The notes beneath the pieces were generated by a model, which was given only the letters and a program-made list of their open reading frames with translations, had not been told where the DNA came from and made no database searches. From positions 2,155 to 66,154 of the forward strand of contig DASSOC010000001.1 in the NCBI GenBank assembly GCA_035700965.1: a stretch of DNA of 64,000 nt, in the 5' to 3' direction. Source of the DNA: Solirubrobacterales bacterium (GTDB lineage Bacteria > Actinomycetota > Thermoleophilia > Solirubrobacterales > 70-9). The translations under genes were made by a program, and so were the position numbers. Below, piece by piece: positions 58,097 through 64,000 of the stretch; the first letter of the stretch is position 1, and each line of letters opens with the position of its first letter.

Positions 58097-58192
58097 TGCG
58101 CCCGACGGGAGTCGAACCCGCGACCTTCGGCTTGAAAGACCGACGCTCTTTGGGCCCCCGAAAGGACCCGTTGACCACTGAGCTACGGGCGC
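58097..58192 (-). tRNA. Unusual tRNA-like gene, anticodon TTC (Glu), with a 24-nt insertion in the D-loop; possibly a pseudogene
   Basis: Acceptor GCGCCCG/CGGGCGC, D-stem GCTC/GAGC split by CAACGGGTCCTTTCGGGGGCCCAA, anticodon stem TCGGT/GCCGA, loop CTTTCAA, T-arm GCGGG-TTCGACT-CCCGT. Confidence 0.55.
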
Positions 58193-58254
58193 TCTTCTGG
58201 AAGGTTACCCGCGCAGCGAAGTTTGAGGATCGTCGCTGGGGCTAGGGTTGGCTC

Positions 58255-59007
58255 ATGGATCTCGGACTTGGGGGGCGCGTCGCTTTGGTTATGGGCGGGA
58301 GCCGGGGCATTGGGCGGGGGATCGCTTCGGCGCTGGCGCGGGAAGGGGCCAAGGTCGCCTTGGCCAGCCGCTCGCGGGAGCACCTGGAGGAGGCGGCGGC
58401 GGAGATCGGCGAGGCCGCCACTCCCTTCGTCGCCGACGCCACCGACCTCGAGCGCCTGGCCCGCCTGCCGCTGGAGGTCGTCGAGGCGCTCGGCCGGGTC
58501 GACGCCCTCGTGACGAATACCGGCGGCCCGCCCGCCGGCGGCGCCCTCGACCACGGCTTCGAGGAATGGGAGGAGGCCTACCGCTCGCTGGTCCTCGCCC
58601 CGCGGATCCTCGCCGGCGCCGTCGTCCCGGCCATGCGCAAAGAAGGCTGGGGCCGCATCGTCAACGTCGGCTCGACGACGACGATCGAGGTCAACCCCGC
58701 CCTCAACCTCTCCAACGCCCACCGCCTCGCCACGGTCGGCTTCCTCAAGACCCTCGCCCGCGAGGTCGCCGGCGACGGGATCACCGTCAACACCGTCGCC
58801 ACCGGCCGCTTCAAGACCGACCGGATGGCCGAGCTCGGCGGCTCGATGGAGGAAGTCGAAGCGGCCGCCCGGGAGGAAGTCCCCGCCGGCCGGCTCGGCA
58901 CCGTCGAGGAGTACGGCGACCTCGTCGCCTTCCTCTGCTCCGAGCGCGCCGCCTACATCACCGGCACCGTGATCCCGATCGATGGAGGACTTCTCCGAGC
59001 GGCTTGA
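58255..59007 (+). CDS. Short-chain dehydrogenase/reductase (FabG-like)
   Basis: VMGGSRGIGRGIASALAREGAKV (TGxxxGxG-type motif), 250 aa. Confidence 0.85.
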   Translation: MDLGLGGRVALVMGGSRGIGRGIASALAREGAKVALASRSREHLEEAAAEIGEAATPFVADATDLERLARLPLEVVEALGRVDALVTNTGGPPAGGALDHGFEEWEEAYRSLVLAPRILAGAVVPAMRKEGWGRIVNVGSTTTIEVNPALNLSNAHRLATVGFLKTLAREVAGDGITVNTVATGRFKTDRMAELGGSMEEVEAAAREEVPAGRLGTVEEYGDLVAFLCSERAAYITGTVIPIDGGLLRAA

Positions 59008-59111
59008 GGTCCTGAGGTCGTAGGACCAAGCACGGGCGTACCGGCGGCGGAGGGACAGTGCTTTGCACGGCCCGTAGCCGACGGTGCGGCCGGGCGCCGT
59101 GTCATACGGCC

Positions 59112-60629
59112 TCAGGACAGCTCGCGCATCGCCGGGTAGATGATCACATCCCGCAGCGTCTTCGCCCCGGTCATGATCATCAGCAGGCGGTCGATGCCGA
59201 GGCCGCAGCCGCTCGCCGGCGGCATCCCGTATTCCAGCGCCCGCACGAACTCCTCGTCGTGGGGGTGTGGGTCGGCCTCGGCCCCGCTTTCCTGGCGTTC
59301 GCGCTGCTTGACGAAGCGCTCGCGCTGCTCGATCGGGTCGTTTAGGTCCGTGCCGCCGCCGACGATCTCCATCCCGGCGACGATGCCGTCGAAGGCCTCG
59401 CAGATCCGCGGGCTCTCCGGATGGACCTTGACCAGCGGCCAGATGTCGATCGGCAGGTCGACGATGTGGGTGGGCTGGATCAGCTTCGGCTCGACCAGCT
59501 TGCCCTGCAGCGTGTCGACCACGCCGGCCCAGTCGTCGCTGGCGTCGACGTCCTCGCCGGCCGCCTCGGCCAGCTCGTCCCGGCTCGCCTCGTAGATGTC
59601 GAGCCCGGTCTCGCGCAGCAGCTCGTCGCGCAGCCGCACCCGCGGCCACGGCGCGGCGAAGTCGATCTCGACCCCCTCGCGCATGACCTTCGTCGTCCCC
59701 GTCACTTCCTCGACCACGTGCGCCACCAGGTGCTCGACGAACTCCATGACGCCGTTGTAGTCGGCGCCCCCCACGAACATCTCCAGCATCGTGAACTCGG
59801 GGTTGTGCTGGGGCGACATCCCCTCGTTGCGGAAGAACTTGCCGAACTCGTAGACGTCCTCGAAGCCGCCGACGATCGCCCGCTTCAGGTACAGCTCGGT
59901 CGCCGTGCGCAGGAAGAGGTCGCGGTCGAGCGCGTTGTGGTGGGTGACGAACGGCCGCGCCGCGGCGCCGCCGGTCAGCCGCTGCAGCACCGGCGTTTCC
60001 AGCTCGACCCAGCCGCGCGAGCTCATGTAGTTGCGGATCCCCAGGGTCAGCCGCGAGCGCTGCTTGAAGATCTCGCGCGACTCCTCGTTCGCCATCAGGT
60101 CGAGTTCGCGCTGGCGGTAGCGGGTGTCGGGATCGCTGATCCCGTGGAAGAGGTCGGGCGGGTCCTTCAGCGCCTTCGCCAGCAGGATGCACTCGCGCAC
60201 TCCGATCGCCAGCTGCCCGCGCTTGGTCACGTGCAGCGGCCCGACCACCCCGACCAGGTCGCCGATGTCGAGCTCCTCGACCCGCCCGAACGCCTCCTCC
60301 CCCAGCACGTCCTTGCGCGCGTAGGCCTGGATCTGCCCGCTGACGTCGCGGACGTCGAGGAAAGCGGTCTTGCCGTGGCCGCGCTTGCCGACCACCCGCC
60401 CCATCACCCGGTAGGTGAACTCCTCGTGCTCCCCCTCACCCAGCTCGGCCGGGTCGTGGCGCCCCTCGATCTCGGCGACGTGGTCGCGGTCCGGGAAGGC
60501 GTGCGGGTAGGGATCGACGCCCGCCGCGCGCAGACGCTCCAGCTTCGCCCGCCGCTGCGCCTCGGTCGAGACCGCGGCCGAGCGGTCGCCGGCGCTGTCC
60601 GCCGCCTCGGCGGTCGGACTATCGCTCAT
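59112..60629 (-). CDS. lysS: Lysine--tRNA ligase (class II)
   Basis: 505 aa. OB-fold segment RVMGRVVGKRGHGKTAFLDVRDVSGQIQ and class II motifs FRNEGMSPQHNPEFTMLE and GLGIDRLLM. Confidence 0.9.
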   Translation of the reverse strand: MSDSPTAEAADSAGDRSAAVSTEAQRRAKLERLRAAGVDPYPHAFPDRDHVAEIEGRHDPAELGEGEHEEFTYRVMGRVVGKRGHGKTAFLDVRDVSGQIQAYARKDVLGEEAFGRVEELDIGDLVGVVGPLHVTKRGQLAIGVRECILLAKALKDPPDLFHGISDPDTRYRQRELDLMANEESREIFKQRSRLTLGIRNYMSSRGWVELETPVLQRLTGGAAARPFVTHHNALDRDLFLRTATELYLKRAIVGGFEDVYEFGKFFRNEGMSPQHNPEFTMLEMFVGGADYNGVMEFVEHLVAHVVEEVTGTTKVMREGVEIDFAAPWPRVRLRDELLRETGLDIYEASRDELAEAAGEDVDASDDWAGVVDTLQGKLVEPKLIQPTHIVDLPIDIWPLVKVHPESPRICEAFDGIVAGMEIVGGGTDLNDPIEQRERFVKQRERQESGAEADPHPHDEEFVRALEYGMPPASGCGLGIDRLLMIMTGAKTLRDVIIYPAMRELS

Positions 60630-60641
60630 CGCCGGACTGCC

Positions 60642-61508
60642 TCAGGGTGCGTAGCCGACGGTGACCCGGTCGTCACCTTCATAGTCCTGAAGGGTAGTCG
60701 CGTCGCGCAGCAGCTCGCGCATCGCCGGGCCGTGGTGGGTGTCGTGCTCCATCGCCATCTTCCAGCCCGACGGCGTTTCCGCGATCAGGCCGCGGATCAC
60801 GCCGAGGCCGTCCGCGCCGCAATCGCCGGTCACCGCGACCCGCGGCTCCTTCTGGATCTCCGGCGAGCGCTCGTAGATCGTCTCGTCGGTGACGTAGGGA
60901 AGGTTGGCGATCACCAGGTCGACGCTTCCGGCTTTGACCTCCTCCGGCAGGCCCAGCCCGACCCGGACGTCCAGGTCCAGCCCGAGCCGCTCGGCGTTCT
61001 CGCGGGCGGCTTCGACCGCTTCGGGCGAGAGGTCCGAGGCGGTGACCCGCAGATCGGGCCGCTCCGACATCAGCGCCAGCGCAATCGCGCCGGAACCGGT
61101 GCCGACCTCGTGCACGCGGGCGCCCTCGGGCAGCTGGGTGCCGACCTCGACCAGCAACTCGGTCTCCTTGCGCGGCCAGAGCACGCGCTCGTCGACGGCG
61201 ATCTCGAGCGCCCGGAAGGGGGCGCGGCCGAGGATGTAGGCCATCGGCTCGCGCTCGACCCGGCGCTGGACGCCCGCCTCGATCTTCGCCGCGGCGGCCC
61301 CGTCGACCTCGCCGGCGCTCTCGACCGAGAGCGCCTCGGGCTTGACGCCGAGCGCGTCGGCGACCAGGACTTCGGCGTCGTTGCGCGCAGCCTCGACGCC
61401 GGCGGCGGCGATGCGCTCGGCCGCGTCGTCGAGGATCGCGCCGACGGTACGGGCCGAAGGCCCCTCGCTCTTCACGTCAATTGCCATAAAGCCCGCATCC
61501 TCCCGCAT
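60642..61508 (-). CDS. prmC: Release factor glutamine methyltransferase
   Basis: EVGTGSGAIALAL and VIANLPYV (NPPY-type motif). An alternative start is at 61487. Confidence 0.8.
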   Translation of the reverse strand: MREDAGFMAIDVKSEGPSARTVGAILDDAAERIAAAGVEAARNDAEVLVADALGVKPEALSVESAGEVDGAAAAKIEAGVQRRVEREPMAYILGRAPFRALEIAVDERVLWPRKETELLVEVGTQLPEGARVHEVGTGSGAIALALMSERPDLRVTASDLSPEAVEAARENAERLGLDLDVRVGLGLPEEVKAGSVDLVIANLPYVTDETIYERSPEIQKEPRVAVTGDCGADGLGVIRGLIAETPSGWKMAMEHDTHHGPAMRELLRDATTLQDYEGDDRVTVGYAP

Positions 61509-61586
61509 AAAACCGCTCCAAAGATTTTGCGCAAGATAGCATCGTTGAGCCTGCCCGGGGTCGCGTTCAGCCGCTGAGAAAGGGAG

Positions 61587-62372
61587 CTACGCGGTAGCTC
61601 CGAGTGCTTCGTTCGCCGCGTGGCGCCAGATGCCTCCGTGGCGGCGAACCACGATAGCGATCCAGAGCAGCCCGCCCGCCATCATCCCCAGGCTCTCGAA
61701 CTGCGCCGCGGTCAGCCCCACCGCCACCTCGTGGTTGCGCCGCAGGAACTCGATCAGGAAGCGCTCGGCCCCGGCGTAGAGGAGGTAGATCGCGAACAGG
61801 ACCCCGGTCCGCACCCGGTCGCGCAGCTGCCAGAGCATCCAGGCGCCGAGCCCCATCGCCAGCGTCTCGTAGACCGGAGTCGGGTGGACGGTCTTGTCCG
61901 TCGGCACCGTCCCTTCCGGGTAGGCCATCGCCCACGGCCCGTGCCACGGCTTGCCGTAGTCGCCGTCGCCGGAGAGCTGGCAGCCGCAGCGGCCGATCGC
62001 GTAGCCGAGCGCCAGCGCCGGCGCCGCCAGGTCGAGCAGGGCCAGGCTGAGGAAGTCGCGCCACCAGGCCCAGAGGACGACCGCGAGGGCGCCGCCGATC
62101 GCGCCGCCGTACCAGACCAGTCCCGAGCCGGAGAAGAGGTTGCCGATCAGGTCGTGCTTGACCTCGCCGTAGTTCTGAATGACGAAGTAGACGCGCGAGC
62201 CGACGACGCCGCCGACCAGCGCCGCGAAGCCCATCTCATACGCCCAGTCCGGCGGCCTGCCGAGCTCCCCCAGCCGCTTCCAGATCAGCGCCCCGGCGGC
62301 GAGGAAGGCGAGCGCGAAGCAGATCCCGAAGGTCTGCAGCGTCACCGGGCCGATGTCGATGTGCGGGTACAC
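61587..62372 (-). CDS. lgt: Prolipoprotein diacylglyceryl transferase
   Basis: GTG at 62372 follows GAGGA. IGPVTLQTFGICFALAFL..., GYAIGRCGCQLSGDGDYG, HPTPVYE. Confidence 0.8.
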   Translation of the reverse strand: MYPHIDIGPVTLQTFGICFALAFLAAGALIWKRLGELGRPPDWAYEMGFAALVGGVVGSRVYFVIQNYGEVKHDLIGNLFSGSGLVWYGGAIGGALAVVLWAWWRDFLSLALLDLAAPALALGYAIGRCGCQLSGDGDYGKPWHGPWAMAYPEGTVPTDKTVHPTPVYETLAMGLGAWMLWQLRDRVRTGVLFAIYLLYAGAERFLIEFLRRNHEVAVGLTAAQFESLGMMAGGLLWIAIVVRRHGGIWRHAANEALGATA

Positions 62373-62386
62373 GTGAGGTGATCCTC

Positions 62387-62992
62387 TCAGGCCGCGATCG
62401 CGATCATCCCCGGCTCGGCGGCGACGCGCTCCAGCCAGGCCCGGACCGCCGGCAGGGGCTCGAGGTCGAAGCCGCCCTCCGGGGCGATGTGCGTGTAGGC
62501 GTAGAGGGCGATGTCGGCGATCGTGAAGCGCTCGCCGACGAGGTAGGAGCGCTCGCGCAGGTGCCGCTCCATCGCCTTCAGCGCCTCGCGGCCCGACGCC
62601 CGCCGCAGCTCGAGGTCGCCGGGCCGGGGGAGGTCCTCGGTGGCGATCGCATCCCAGAACCGGGGCACCGCGATCCCCGGCTCGTGCTTGTACTGCTCGA
62701 AGAACAGCCACTGCAGCACCTGCCCGCGCTCGTAGCGGTCGTCGGGGAGGTAGCGCGAGCCCTCGGCGAAGTACCAGAGGATCGCGTTCGACTCCGCCAG
62801 CGGCCGGCCGTCCTCGAGCACGACGGTGGGGATGTTCAGCGTCGGGCTGAGGCCGCCCAGCGTCGACAGCCGCTCGGAGTACTCGACCACCGAGAGCTCG
62901 CGCCGCTCGAACTCGATCCCAAGCAGGGTTAGGATCAGCCGCACCTTGTAGCAGTTGCCCGAGACCGGGTTGTCGTAGAGGAGGACGGTCAC
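62387..62992 (-). CDS. Glutathione S-transferase family protein
   Basis: GTGA overlap with the argF stop. LLYDNPVSGNCYKVRLILTLLGIEFE...ESNAILWYF. Confidence 0.75.
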   Translation of the reverse strand: MTVLLYDNPVSGNCYKVRLILTLLGIEFERRELSVVEYSERLSTLGGLSPTLNIPTVVLEDGRPLAESNAILWYFAEGSRYLPDDRYERGQVLQWLFFEQYKHEPGIAVPRFWDAIATEDLPRPGDLELRRASGREALKAMERHLRERSYLVGERFTIADIALYAYTHIAPEGGFDLEPLPAVRAWLERVAAEPGMIAIAA

Positions 62993-63912
62993 GAGTCCCC
63001 TGCGAGCAGCATCTCCAGCAGCGCCTTCTGCGCGTGAAGGCGGTTCTCGGCCTGGTCCCAGACGGCGGAGCGCTCGCCGTAGAGGACCTCGGCGGTGATC
63101 TCCTGCCCCGGGTGGGCGGGGAGGCAGTGGAGGACGACCGCCCGATCCTTGGCCGCGGCGAGCAGATCGGCGTCGAGCCGGTAGGGCGCGAGGTCGGCGA
63201 GGCGGCGCTGCGCCTCGGTCTCGTCGCCCATGCTGACCCAGACGTCGGTGTAGAGGGCGTCGGCCCCGGCCGCGGCGGCGCGCGGGTCGTCGGTCAGCTT
63301 CGCCCCGTGGCCGTCGGGCAGCTGGTAGCCCGCGGGCGCGGCGACCACGACATCGACCCCGGCCAGCTCGCCGGCGATCGCCAGCGAGCGGGCGACGTTG
63401 TTGCCGTCGCCGACGTAGGTGAGCCGGAGGCCGTCGAGCTCGCCGAAGCGCTCGCGCAGCGTCAGCAGGTCGGCGAGCGCCTGGCAGGGGTGGTGGAGCG
63501 GGGTGAGGGCGTTGACGACGGGGACTTCGGCGGCCTCGGCCAGCCCTTCGACCGCCTCGTGGGAGCCGGAGCGGATCACGATCGCGTCGACGAAGCGGGA
63601 GAGGACGCGGGCGGTGTCGCCGACCGACTCGCCGCGCGCCAGCTGCAGTTCGTCGCCGCGCAGCATCACCCCGTGGCCGCCGAGCTCGGCGACGCCGACG
63701 TCGAAGGAGATCCGCGTCCGCGTCGAGGGCCGCTCGAAGACGAGGGCGATGCTGCGGCCGGCGAGCGAGTCGCGGCCGACGCCCTGGCGCCGGCCCGCTT
63801 TCAGCTCCGCCGCCCGGTCGAGCAGCTTGCCGAGCTCGAAGGCCCCGAGCTCCGCGCCGGTGAGGAAGTCGCGCTTGGTCATGAGGATCGCCAGCGAGGC
63901 GCCTTTCCGCAC
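62989..63912 (-). CDS. argF: Ornithine carbamoyltransferase
   Basis: FERPSTRTRISFDVG, HPCQALADLLT, CLPAHPG. An alternative ATG start is at 63882. Confidence 0.9.
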   Translation of the reverse strand: MRKGASLAILMTKRDFLTGAELGAFELGKLLDRAAELKAGRRQGVGRDSLAGRSIALVFERPSTRTRISFDVGVAELGGHGVMLRGDELQLARGESVGDTARVLSRFVDAIVIRSGSHEAVEGLAEAAEVPVVNALTPLHHPCQALADLLTLRERFGELDGLRLTYVGDGNNVARSLAIAGELAGVDVVVAAPAGYQLPDGHGAKLTDDPRAAAAGADALYTDVWVSMGDETEAQRRLADLAPYRLDADLLAAAKDRAVVLHCLPAHPGQEITAEVLYGERSAVWDQAENRLHAQKALLEMLLAGDS

Positions 63913-63962
63913 CTCTGGTTGCGAAAGGCGACTTCTCGCGTCTGCCGGATACTACGCACGCG

Positions 63963-64000
63963 ATGGAGTTCACCGTCCTCGCCTGGAACCTCTTCCACGG
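63963..64000 (+). CDS. Start of an unidentified ORF (runs off the window)
   Basis: ATG at 63963 encodes MEFTVLAWNLFH.... Too short to assign. Confidence 0.25.
   Translation, partial: MEFTVLAWNLFH

Larger units (their letters stand above)
54071..58145. mobile_element. Decayed ~4.1-kb tRNA-integrated islet
   Basis: ~52-bp direct repeat with 5 mismatches (54071..54122 vs 58094..58145) covering the anticodon loop to the 3' end of the adjacent tRNA. Carries xis, a truncated int and HTH genes. GC is visibly lower than the flanks. Confidence 0.7.

Noticed and set aside
58183-60192. 669-aa minus-strand ORF and 718-aa plus-strand ORF 59421..61577 across the SDR, lysS and prmC loci.
   Set aside because: These are shadow frames of lysS, prmC and the SDR gene. 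They are low-complexity and motif-free, and they overlap strongly supported genes.
62387-63973. 528-aa minus-strand ORF spanning the argF and GST loci.
   Set aside because: Only its C-terminal 201 aa (GST, GTG start at 62992) are protein-like. The upstream part is an off-frame shadow of argF.
1-64000. Looked for CRISPR arrays, rRNA genes, IS/transposase genes, and recognisable restriction-modification, toxin-antitoxin or known defence-system signatures.
   Set aside because: I saw no regularly spaced direct repeats, no rRNA-like sequence, and no DDE/HUH transposase or methyltransferase motifs in any translation. Absence is judged by eye only, without profile searches.

Overview
This is a high-GC, actinobacterial-type chromosomal window, judged by eye and by codon and protein style. 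No searches were run, so every call rests on reading the supplied translations and the DNA.

Layout:
(1) 1..4377: host genes. These are an ftsH fragment, a DUF2236-like oxygenase, a small CPLC zinc-ribbon protein, a TauE/SafE permease and an ArsR-like regulator.
(2) 4378..44962: an apparently complete ~40.6-kb siphovirus-type prophage. It sits in the 3' end of tRNA-Val(TAC) and is bounded by a 12-bp direct repeat. Nearly all genes are on the minus strand. In order they are int, xis, dnaB, early genes, the cro/cI switch, an insulated ArsR-like moron unit, the lysis cassette, a reverse-strand moron, tail genes (including a 1972-aa tape measure), neck genes, four glycosyltransferases, head genes, portal, terminase, HNH, a nuclease, a sigma-factor fusion and a replication initiator with internal iterons.
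(3) 45057..54023: host genes. These are a cupredoxin, a ClC channel, MarR, nitronate monooxygenase, a DoxX-like protein, an ECF sigma/anti-sigma pair, further HTH regulators and a CYTH/CyaB protein.
(4) 54071..58145: a decayed ~4.1-kb integrative islet. It is flanked by a ~52-bp imperfect direct repeat of the 3' half of an unusual tRNA(UUC). It carries a truncated integrase, and a lower-GC two-gene cassette replaces the integrase 3' half.
(5) 58255..64000: housekeeping genes (SDR, lysS, prmC, lgt, GST, argF).

The observations most worth a second look:
- the islet cassette, which pairs a DnaC/DnaI-like AAA+ protein with degenerate catalytic motifs and an unknown partner;
- the four-glycosyltransferase block inside the virion structural operon;
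- the tRNA carrying a 24-nt D-loop insertion;
- the sigma-factor/winged-helix fusion with a nested start;
- a palindromic element family with one copy inside a CDS.
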